A DNA stretch of 44,729 nucleotides from Nemertoderma westbladi (Eukaryota; Animalia; Xenacoelomorpha). Of the stretch, positions 1 to 10,579 are shown one piece after another. The notes below the pieces were generated by a model. It was not told where the DNA came from. It was given only the letters and a program-made list of their open reading frames with translations, and ran no database searches. The DNA lies in the NCBI GenBank assembly GCA_032718475.1, contig JAUCBJ010002095.1, forward strand, positions 1 through 44,729. Direction: 5' to 3'. Made by a program: the position numbers and the translations under genes. The stretch's first letter is position 1. The number at the start of each line of letters is the position of its first letter.

Positions 1-183
1 AATACTAAGGTATAAAAAATTATTGGTATACGAAACAGTGAATTATTCATAATAAATAGTCTATTATGGTGAAATATAAAATGATAGTATTAAAACAATG
101 AATTAATATTTTTAAGTGTGTACTTTGACCGTGAACTGTACTAAAACCATGCGAGTCCTATGCGTATTTTGTGTGGTATTCGT

Positions 184-537
184 GTGTAATTCCACAGTGT
201 GCACAAGATAACTATCATATGTGAATATCATGTGAATCTTCTGCGATATAACGCACAGTAGCGCGTTAAAAGCATGTAATTCCACAGTGTGCACAAGACA
301 ACTATCACATACGAATTACATGTGAATCATGTGAGATGCAACGCACATTAATGTGTAGAAAGTGAGTAGTTCCACATTTACAATATTATGTGCGAATTAT
401 GTGTTTATCTTGGGGGATATAACGCACTTAAGTGCGTAACTACAAAGTGGGTTGCGCGTATGTTTACGTGTTTCATATGAAGCCCTTTTACGCATGTGTA
501 CAACAGAGTGCGTTTCGCACTTACATGATTCACTGGG
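184..537. repeat. Diverged ~92-bp subrepeats ending in CACTGGG; possible right end of a non-autonomous DNA transposon
   Basis: TGTAATTCCACAGTGTGCACAAGA occurs at ~184 and ~276, with more diverged copies after. The block ends at ttcactggg (537), resembling a CCCAG-type TIR. No left TIR was seen. Confidence 0.3.
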
Positions 538-1765
538 ATAGTATTATATTTTATATTATATAGTATTATATTTATCATCTATCACTAAACAATTTAACTT
601 AAGAGGTAAAGAGTCTTACACCCCACAAACTACAAAAAATACAAAATAATTAAAAAACATTGTGTAGGCCCTAGTATAATATATATAATCAGGGCCACAT
701 ATTCAGTAATCGCTACATCTGATTATCATTAAGCTCTCATCATTAATATGAAACCTCTAGCTATCATCATTAGGTAACATGAAGATTTGAATAGAAATGA
801 TCAATAATATACACAACAGAACAGTGTACCATACGTCAGCATTATTCTTAATTCGGTTGTGTTTACAGTATATTTTTTGATTATTTTTTTTCATTACTTT
901 TCTTCCAGTTCCCTGAAGAGGGCCCTTAGGGGGCTGGGAATTAATTGCTTCTATACATTTTACTTTATGGTTTCCATCCAATTATTGTTGAATTCTTTGA
1001 TAGCACCGGCTCAACGGGTTTTTGCTGCAGGGCTTGTATGAATAATCACATTTACTGTACATCAGCGGTGATCTGGGTGGTTCTCTTCCTCAAAGACAGT
1101 TATAATTATTATTTAAATCCATTTTGTGAGGCTGTCAACGTTCAACCTAAATAAATGTCATTTTCTACAAAGCAATCTTCACACGAAGTCACCTTGACTA
1201 TAATAATAATAGAGGCAAAATGCTGTAAATTAAGAATAATTACTAAGCCAAAATTGTCACATTTTAATAGCAGAAAGCAAATTAAAAATCTTATGACTGT
1301 CAACTGGACAGTATGTCGTGGTAATTAATGTAAAATATTATTTACTTCGATGGTGTTTATGTAGGTAAATAATACGTATACTGTAGAAAACTGTATGGTG
1401 GCTGAATTGTGCGCCAATAATAAAAAATAATATTTTGTGGTCAACCATCAATTAATACACTATATCCTGGAATATAGTGTCTCTACAAATCTTAATGAGA
1501 TTGCATTAAATTTGAAACAAAGACAGTTTCACCTCCCTCCTCCTTAGTGGATGAGCCAGAATTATTATTTTTGGTTTCATTCTCTAGCTACAAGCGTTTG
1601 AAAAAGGTGTCTCCGTCGATATTGAACAAGTTAATATGAAAACAATAAAATAGGACATGGGGTCTTATTCCCTCAGATACTACCTAGCATTTAGGGCCAC
1701 TTGGGCCACTGTTAGTACTCAGGCACTAAGGCCCATCAAAAAAACAAAATACCAAATCGATTTTA

Positions 1766-2215
1766 TATTATTGATAGTAACAATGTGTTGGCAAGCTGTA
1801 TTTTTCGAGGTGTTTGTTATTATACATTTATTATAGGAAGGGATCTTGGGGTCTTAGCCTCGAATGATAAGTTTATTTTACCGAAAATAACTTATCTTTT
1901 ATTGGCGCAATTGTAGGACTAATCCCATCACATGCGTACTTTTTAACCGGGTAGTGTACAAATTTAGGAATCGCGTAATTTTTTCTTGAAATTAATATCT
2001 CATATCTCTCCAAACCACGTACGCGTTTCGACCTTACTGGGTCTCATCATTAATTTCAAGAAAAAATTACGCGATTCCTAAATTTGTACACTACCCGGTT
2101 AAAAAGTACGCATGTGATGGGATTAGTCCTACAATTGCGCCAATAAAAGATAAGTTATTTTCGGTAAAATAAACTTATCATTCGAGGCTAAGACCCCAAG
2201 ATCCCTTCCTATAAT
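1766..2215. mobile_element. Short Penelope-like (pLTR-derived) palindromic insertion nested in the foldback element
   Basis: Near-perfect 171-bp inverted repeat (1826-1996 vs 2049-2219) around a 52-bp spacer holding a hammerhead motif. Flanked by the direct repeat aaatcgatttta (1754-1765 and 2216-2227), a candidate TSD. Confidence 0.65.
2012..2049 (-). ncRNA. 5'-truncated minimal type I hammerhead ribozyme motif
   Basis: Minus strand reads TGATGA-GACC-cagtaa-GGTC-GAAACGCGTA-CGTGG: core boxes, a 4-bp stem II and a palindromic ACGCGT stem III. C3 and the 5' strand of stem I are lost at the inversion junction. Confidence 0.7.
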
Positions 2216-3430
2216 AAATCGATTTTAGTGCTACATAACCCAACCCAACTACCACAAGAAAATTACACCAAACCATACAGTAACTACAGGTTCCGGTAAG
2301 TATTGCACGAAATAGGCTATCCCATAAATTACGAAAAATATAGGACATTTTGTCCGTCCGATTGAACAAGTTACACTGCAGTTATTCTTCAACCTTATAG
2401 CAATTTGGTGATATTGAGGGAAAGCAGGCCATTATAGGATTCCAAATATTATGTAACACAATCTGAATTTCGCCGTAAAATAGCTAAGATATGAGCGTTC
2501 GAAAGTTGCATGGTTTTGCGCCGGCGCGAGGTTATTTTATTCTATTTAACAAATAAAAAATATTCTGGAACATTTTGTTAATGTATGAATAACTACAGAA
2601 TAGTAGGCCTATGGTTATTATATGAGTTGTTTGAGTTTATATTGACGAATTATAGTTCACAGCCAGTGTAGTGTAGAGTCTGACGTCATGGTGGGGTGAA
2701 ATATCATGGTTTTGGGAAATCTAGCGAGGTAAGTCTCCAAAAACAACAAGACGTGAGTTATTGCATTGTTGCCCAGCTACGTATGGAATAAACAAAATGT
2801 TCTAGAATATGGTGTATTTATTAAATAGAATAAAATAGCCTTGCGCAGGTGTAAAACCATGCAACTTTCGAATTCCTATATCTCAGCTATTTTAAGACGA
2901 AATTCAGATTGTGTTAGACCTTTAGAATTCTTGCATGGTCAGCTTTCTAACTGTACCTATAAATCACTATATGATTGAAGAATAGCCGAAGTGTAACATG
3001 TTCAATATCGACGGAGACACCTTTTTAAAAAGCTTTTTATTTTTATAAAATGAACATTTTTTCAGTTTTTTTTTTCATTTTTTCGGGGGGTCAGAGTTTA
3101 TTATGACCACGTCAAATGACGCCACCCTCTGATTGGCCCAGACTCCCCTCGCCAGGAGGTCGGCTATATCCCACCTACCTGAGGCGTGTTAGATTTACGT
3201 GTCCCCACGCCCGGATCTTTGTATAAAAGGTAAGGTCGTTCGTTTGTTACAAAGCAGCCATACCATGTCTGCCTACATTAGTGACCTTGAAAGTTACTGT
3301 AATCAGTTTTTAGGCTTATCTGTATAGTTGCCGTAACTGCAATACCCCCCCCCCCCCCCCCCCCCCTAGATAATTTCCAGCGGGGATAGAACCCCTTCCC
3401 CTTACATAAATCCTGGCTTCGCCACTTGAT

Positions 3431-5290
3431 TTACTACTACTACTGCTAGGTCGAGCGACACGGACAGTGGAAATGAGATCCTTCCAGACTTTCCGATTCT
3501 TCATAGGTGTCGCAATTTCGTTTCTCTCAAGTTCAGTCTAGTTTCTCTCAAGTTCAAGATGGTCTATAAATGTTAATTCCGGTGGTCCACGGGTACGCTT
3601 TCCATGTGTTGGTTGCCAGAAAATTAGATCTGGTATGACCAAGGCTTTACTTCTCCAGCAGTGCCCACTGAATCTTAATCTGCGTTCACGGAGGGTGGTT
3701 GATACAGGTGGTATTGTACCATAAAGCTCGGCGTTTGTCATATGTTGTCACCAGCTGATGTTTAGGGCTGCCCTTAGTAGTCTTGTGTAGCAACCATCAA
3801 TTCGTTGTTCAAGTGATTTAGTCAGTGTCCAGGTCTCACCCCCATATAAAAATACACTTTCCACTGTGGCTCGAAAGAACTTAGTCTTCAGGTACCTGGA
3901 GAGGTCTGATTTCCAGATGGTGGTATCATTTTTGATAGAGCTGCTACCCAGGCCTTTGCTTTCCTAACTTCTATGTATTTTTTGCTACTCTTTATCCATG
4001 ACCCAAGGCCAAGGTACTGGAAGTCGTCAACCTTCCTTAGTTGATTATTATCAATTGTTGTCAAGTTTCCATTAACATTAAAAGTCATGAATTCTGTCCC
4101 GGTACCAATTATATGCAATCCAAATTCCATAGCAGCCCTCTCCACTTTAATCCGTAGAAGCTGTGCATCTGCTAGCATATAAGAGTGCAGGGTGATGTCA
4201 TCCGCAAATTCAGTGTCTGGGTCTGTAGTTGCCGGATATCTACTACTTCTGCGTTCTTGGAGCAGTTGTACTTTCTTCAATCTTGTCCTGTATGTACTTT
4301 TCCTGGCTGATGTTGTATGCCAATTTAAGATCTTCCTTAGCTTTCTAAACCTTGTTGATGTTTTCGGTTGATTGTTGTTCGGTTTTAACTTTGTAGGCTA
4401 TCTTAAGATCTTCTCTTTTACAAGTAACCTCAGAGTTTGGCCATGGCACATACTGTTTTCGTTTGGGTTTCTGGGGAATATGCCTCTTGACTGATTCCTT
4501 GTGGGCTTTTATTATATTCTGGTATATTGAAACGTTAGACTGGTCTTCATCCATTGACTGAAGTGCTTCAAAGCGGTTTTGAACTTCTACTGTGTAAGCA
4601 TCCTTTACTGCATTATCTGTCAGTTCTCCCAGTCATAGTTGATTCGCTGGCTTGTCCTGGGTTTGCTGGCTCTCAAACTGAGCAATCTCGCAATTCTGTG
4701 GTCCGAACCAATTAGATTAAACGAGCCTCGTAGTTAATCATGCTGATCTCCACTTTTTGTTTATAAGGATGTAATCCAGCTGTGCTTTGGATCCATTAGG
4801 GTATTGAAAGGTCCATAGCTTCCCCTTACTCTTTTCGAATGTGGTGTTTGTTGGTATCAATTCATATATTAGGTCTAAGAGTAAGCACCCCTTTCCGTTC
4901 GAACTGGTGTTATAGGTGAAACACTGATGTCTTCGGAGCCAATTTGAGCATTCAGGTCACCAGCAATGACTTTGACTTTATGTTTCGGAATATCCTTTGT
5001 AAGTCCAGTCAGATCTGAGTAAGTTCTGTCTCTGATGCATTGGTTGGACTGTAGCAACATATTACTGTTGCCTTGGGATTCCCATCAAATGTTGCGATCA
5101 TGACCCTGGAATTTATAGATTCGATGTTGTTTAGGTTCTGAAGTGCAAATGGGCTTAGCAGAATTCCTACTCCACCAATTGATGCATTGGCCGGATTTCT
5201 TTCTGTGGTTGTTACTAACGTCCATCCATTTCCAATGTCAATGTACTTCATGGTAATGGTTGATTTACAATAGTTGACATATATCATATT
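3431..5290 (-). mobile_element. Degenerate RTE-clade non-LTR retrotransposon (APE endonuclease + partial RT), internally deleted
   Basis: Fragmented ORFs give APE motifs GVGILLS, CCYSPTN and IAGDLNAQIG; RT motifs EFADDI and VDDFQYLG; and the RTE-type C-terminus RRLRFSGHCWR. The 3' (AGT)n tail is at ~3432-3445. Multiple stops and frameshifts; most of the RT N-half is missing near 4270. Confidence 0.85.
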
Positions 5291-6964
5291 CAGTTAATTA
5301 AAGCGTTTCTTATCATTTCTGTATTTTTTTTCGCGTCCTTGCCTTAGGGACGAGACATTGTAACTCGTGATACCATTTCGTTTGTTAATGGATTTTTGTT
5401 TTCCCTGTAGGCCACTACTACTGCAGTGGCAAGCCTTCCATCCACCTTCGAGAGTTAGTCATCCTTTTACTTCATTGCACTTTCAATATCTTGAAATTCG
5501 GAATTATTTCCTTGAAAATGGATATTTGATTTGCAATGGTTTGTAGATAACCGATTTATGTATGATGTACTCATATACGCCCATAAACGTAATGCTTCGG
5601 TTATGGTCCATGGTGAATGTGCACTTATCTTCAAGTGTTTTATATCCTTACACACCCATCCATATATACGATATGTAAAGAGACACCCATAGCAATATCT
5701 TGTAGGTGCTCCTTATGTCTATATACCATGACAGGTCATACTTATAACATTGTTATAATTATAAATCATATGCATGTTGTCTATAGCAACTACTATCGTC
5801 TGCATCAGCTGGCCACCTAACTTAAATTGTATCATTATTTGCTTCTGGAAGTTTTTTGTTTGTGTTTGTTCATTGTATTTGTCTGTTTGTAGTTAATGTG
5901 GAAATTATTAAATTTTGATGTTATTTAAATTTTTTTTAAATATATTGATTTTTTTCATCCAACCAATCCCCTAGCCCTAGTATCTGAGTCTGAGAGCCTT
6001 CGTTCATATTTTTGATCAAAATCAATATGGGTTCTTGCACAGTAGAATAAACGTATGTAGTAATATATACTACAAAATAAATAGCTACAGCTGTCAACTA
6101 ACTGTTTAATTCTGCTGGGCCAAATTGACTAATCAATCGCACCACACATCCTCTTTGCAATTTAATAGTTAGTTAGTTAGTTTTATTTTCGGAATGCATG
6201 TCAATTTAACAATATAAAATAAACGCAGTTACATAAACTTATAACAGATAAACACTAATACATTATACCTAACTTCATTGATAAATGTAGATCGTACTTA
6301 TTGAGCACAGAGTGTACATTAAGAACCTAATCTTGATTAAAAACTTCCCGCTGAAAACAGGTTTTTTTAAGTTTTTAAAATCTAAGTTTACATTATTTCA
6401 GAGCGACTCCGTCTCAGGGCAATGCAAATGCACTTGTTATACAGTTTGAACCTTTTTCAATCCGGGGATTGTGCGACATTAGACAGAGTCTGCTAAAACT
6501 TACACTTATATATATTTAATACATACTGATATATAGAGGTACTAATTCTTTTTTCCTAAATAGATACCTCCATATCCGTAATAACCCTATCTTTTTATGC
6601 TTTGACAACTCCCTGTGCAACCTATGACCCTTTTGTGGAACCTTCGCGCAGCACGAGAGCCTATATAAGAAAGTGTACTAATCTCTATTATTAGATATAT
6701 ACGAAAACCATCTTTCCCAAGACACCAATGAGTGATGCTGTCAGTTTGAGTTAAACTGGTTTTAAAAACAGAGGCCCATTTTAGTTTGCCCTTATACGCT
6801 TTAACTGTCATTTCTAAACCTACTATCTAGGGTTATTCAAGTTAAGTATGACATTTTTGGTTTTACAATACTCGTCTCCTTCATTAGTCTCGTTGAGTTT
6901 GTCCTGTTTTGTATCAAAATATTTTTCCTAAATGCAGTCTGACGACCTTTATAACTATGCAAAG

Positions 6965-7497
6965 TCTAGAAACTGTGAGAGTAACTGCTGATTTATGGCA
7001 GATGGTTACTCGTATCCACCGCTAAACTCGTGGCGTTCGTCCTGTACAATTTGGTCACCAAATAAATATCTTTACAACATTCCATTATCAGTATTGGATA
7101 AAATGACATCGCCCAATATGCTAAACTATGTGGTTAAAGAGTATTGTCAAAACACTACTCGTTATTAGGAGTATAGTCAACACAGACTCGCCTTCTTTAC
7201 AACCATCGTTGCACTCGTCCTGTACATCTGGTAACCAAATAACTACCATAAAAGATTCAACCACCGGTACTGATCAAAATGACATATCGTCCAATGTGCT
7301 AAACGACGTTGTTTACGAGTATAGTCAGAAAATCTATAAAAGTTTGCCAAACAACATGTGTACCAATTTTGGATAGAATTCGTCGAGGATTGGCAAAGTT
7401 ATTAACGTTTAAAAACACGGATGTACAAAACAACAGACACACCGATTGAGATAGTGGTACCGGTATGCTAAGCTCGCTTAATTTCGTGGCTCGCCCC
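6965..7497. mobile_element. Possible non-autonomous Helentron-associated (DINE/pearl-like) element with internal tandem repeat
   Basis: Two diverged ~178-bp direct repeats (cctgtaca at 7041 and 7219), followed by aacatgtgtaccaattttgg...acagacaca, a layout recalled from such elements. Boundaries are approximate. Confidence 0.35.
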
Positions 7498-7940
7498 ACA
7501 GTTACCCCATTAAATGTTGGTAAAGCTTAGCTGTCAATCACGTTGCACCTCGTGACTTTGTATTACATATCTCATCAATTATCTCAAGGTTTTCCCCCGG
7601 CTAATTAACATGCCCCATATGTATATCTATATCATAATAATTGATATATTACACGTTGTATAATATAATCTGCTTTTTATAATATAAAGGCAGCCTAAAA
7701 ATGCAACAAATGAACACATTTATAACAAATATATCAAATAAAGTAAAGTATCTTGTTGCGTAAGGTGTGCCTATTGAGACAAACAAGATAACTTATACAG
7801 TAGATGTCTCAATAGCATAAATGGTAAAAGGTCGTGGGTTGAATGAACCCTTCTGAAAAAGCCCAAAACTGATAGGGTAATTACTCATAGCAGGCGATCG
7901 AAATGCTACGTCTTATAAATATTTTAATTCACACATACAA

Positions 7941-8181
7941 CACCCCCATTCCACGCCCAGGCACACCCCATTCCACCCCCACGCACACCCAATTCCACCC
8001 CCACGCACACCCCATTTCACCCCCACGCACACCCCATTACACCCCACGTACACCCAATTCCACCCCCACGTACACCCAATTCCACCCCCACGCACACCCC
8101 ATTACACCCCACGTACACCCAATTCCACCCCCACGCACACCCCATTCCACCCCCACGAACACCCCATCCAACCCCCACGCA
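7941..8181. repeat. 22-bp C-rich minisatellite (~11 copies)
   Basis: Unit CCACCCCCACGCACACCCCATT with minor variants. It explains the spurious ORFs at 7903-8305. Confidence 0.9.
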
Positions 8182-8487
8182 CAAATAACAGAATATATAC
8201 GACAAACGATACACACCCATGCATAATAATAGTGATAAAATTGATATAAATTAAAATAATCTCAGATAAACTAAAGAATGGATTTAATAGCTTCAAAAAC
8301 AACATTACTTTAATCCCTAGCAGTTTGGATGGACATTATGTATTTCTTTAGTGTTTTATTGACCAAATATTTATAACCTTGGCAATGTTTGATATTATCA
8401 GGTAAGATCCTTCAAGAGTGTCATGAACTTATAAAGTGAAGATGATTTTGCGAAGTTAGTTCAATAATATAATGGTAAATGGTCAAT

Positions 8488-8760
8488 GGTTCCACCTTGG
8501 TGTAGTGGTTGCATTGAATTCACATCTCCTGTAGGTCGTGGGTTCGATCCTCACATGGGCCAGGGCAGTTTTCGTTTCGGCACGAATGCTTTAAAGGGAC
8601 CAGCCAGGGCGCATCTCTGCCTTGCATCCTTAAGTGGTAGCTAAATGAGTACTGGAGATTCCTCTGGGGAGTAAAGTTCTGGGGGGACCGCACTGGAAAT
8701 AAGTCGTCAGACTTTGTGCGTAATCCCTGGCATGTGGCCGAAGAAAATTTACTTACTTTA
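8488..8760 (+). mobile_element. tRNA-derived SINE with a Nin/Deu-like central domain
   Basis: Pol III A box TGGTGTAGTGG and B box GGTTCGATCC. The central segment gccttgcatccttaagtggtagctaaatgagtac resembles the recalled Nin-domain consensus. The 3' part gcactggaaataag...ctttgtgc ends in a (TTAC)n tail. Confidence 0.75.
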
Positions 8761-8849
8761 AATCATTTTTGAGAATTATTTGTGTTTCTGCAGGGAATAT
8801 GTTTATTCAGAATTAGCTTAGAAGTAAGTGAGGAAGGAAGGCGAGAATA

Positions 8850-9290
8850 ACCAAATATAAATTTGTATAAAAATTGAATACACTTATTGCGAAAAAGGAA
8901 TTTTAATTTTAAAATTTTCCGCTGTGAAAAAAGATTGGAAGTATGATGTTTGTATGGTTTTAAGAATATATTGTAATACGTACGATTTTTTTTCTGCAGC
9001 CTATTAGAGGATGGAGAGTACTGTCATACATTATATCTTTACAGTTTCCCCACAATTCAAGGCCGTAAGAAAGATACGATGATATTAATGTGTGGTAAAT
9101 TTTTGCAACCTTCAGTAGTCTGATGTAGTAAATGTGATGCTTCCAAGAGAGTGAGTTGGAAAATTCCTAGGAATTTTATGTTATCAACTTTTTCTATAAC
9201 AGAATTGCGAATGTTTAGTGACAGATTATGAAGTTGCAATTTTTTTGGAGTGAAGAAAAAATAATAAATTTAGTTTTGATAATTATCTTA
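8850..9290 (-). mobile_element. Old CR1/L2-group LINE RT C-terminal fragment
   Basis: Translates to KTKFIIF...LNIRNSVIEKVDNIKFLGI, typical of RT domains 6-7. Degenerate, with approximate ends. Confidence 0.5.
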
Positions 9291-9383
9291 TTATTATTAT
9301 CAGTATTGAAGTGACCAAGGTTCCAGTTGGGTAACGTAGTTTAATCAAGAAAAGCAATATTAACGAACAACTAAATAATCCCA

Positions 9384-9424
9384 TGGTAAGTTTCGATATA
9401 TTACAAAATAATCATCATCAGCCA
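9384..9424 (-). ncRNA. Minimal type I hammerhead ribozyme motif (inverted pLTR copy)
   Basis: Minus strand reads TGG-CTGATGA-tGAT...ATC-GAAACTTA-CCA. It differs by one substitution from the 3' copy (ACTT vs ACGT). Confidence 0.7.
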
Positions 9425-9785
9425 AATAAAATAAAACAACATACTGACAGAAACTCAAAATTCAGTAATTATAACTATTTACTAAATACGCCTAAATGTG
9501 TACAACAGTTTATAAATTTTCAATTGAGTGACATGACAGGCTAGATTAAAGGTACAGTAGAATACAATTTCATTGAGCGATTGCGTAGGGCTCCAATATG
9601 TATAATTTTATGAAGCAGGTTAGAAAAGCGGGTAGAAATTAAAAGTGGAGTAGGATATGTTTGCTAGTATAAGTATAGGGGGAAGGATGTGCCTTGTAAA
9701 TTATCACTGGAGTATCGCTTGTTGAATATTGAAAATTATAAATAAATAAATAAATATTTTAAAAAATAATAAATATTTTCAATAT

Positions 9786-10579
9786 TCAACAAGCGATACT
9801 CCAGTGATAATTTACGGTCGTTCCTTACCTACGCGAAAGCCGCATGGAAGCTACATAAAATCCAACTAGATCTTAACTTTCTGATTGACTGTTGTGACGC
9901 TGGACTTACTCCCCATTTCCTTAGGATTAAGACACCTAATCATGTTCTCCTTGGTAGTCCCGAGTATAGAGAATGTCAGCGAAAACTACTCCTCGCAGAG
10001 ATCTCGAACAAACGGCGGCTGGTTAAACGCATGCAAATGCAAGTGGACCGCCTCCGGGGTGGCCTACAAGTCACATTATCGGTATTCGACTTCGCTTTGA
10101 TTACGGTATCCGTGAAAGCGAACGTTGTCTACAGAATCGATTATCAAAACAAGAAGAAATACACTCGCGCAAACAATCCCGGCTTAACGAAGAGAATTGC
10201 CTTAATAAACTAAACCCTAACTCGGTCATCTTTAAGCTCTCTTCCCGCGTTTTAACAACAGACGAGGAGTCTCTTCTCTGTAAAGGTCTACGATTCGCAA
10301 CGACACCGGAAAAGATCGACTACGCAGATTACCTCATACCATTTGAGAAACTCTTCCGGGGTCTCCGAGGGATGAAGATCAATAACGAGGGTGGGATGAC
10401 AAGGGAATTAATTAGGAATCGCTAAGGGTTTAACTCTAGACGATTTACCTCAAACTTAACTAAGAATGAACGTGCCTCCCTGAAATCATTAGCCTCAGAT
10501 AAATTTTTTTTTAATTTTACGACCGGATAAAGGTACTGGTGTAGTTATTCTAGATAAATTTGTTTATATAGACAAGGTT
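9786..10579 (+). pseudogene. Disrupted N-terminal part of the Penelope ORF
   Basis: Translates across frameshifts and stops to LNFLIDCCDAGLTPHFLRIK, VIFKLSSRVLTTDEESLLCKGLRF, NLTKNERASLKSL and RPDKGTGVVILDK, all characteristic PLE N-terminal motifs including DKG. Confidence 0.8.

Larger units (their letters stand above)
1592..3035. mobile_element. Foldback/MITE-like element with long inverted repeats
   Basis: 1592-1633 (aagcgtttgaaaaaggtgtctccgtcgatattgaacaagtta) is the inverted match of 2994-3035. Internal diverged arms ~2361-2590 and ~2785-3006 are also inverted. No ORF. Confidence 0.65.

Noticed and set aside
3344-3428. Poly-C run and tcctggcttcgccac as a hAT-type MITE end
   Set aside because: No properly oriented partner TIR or TSD was found.
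7903-8305. His/Pro-rich and Gly/Trp-rich ORFs
   Set aside because: They arise from the 22-bp minisatellite and are open in several frames on both strands.
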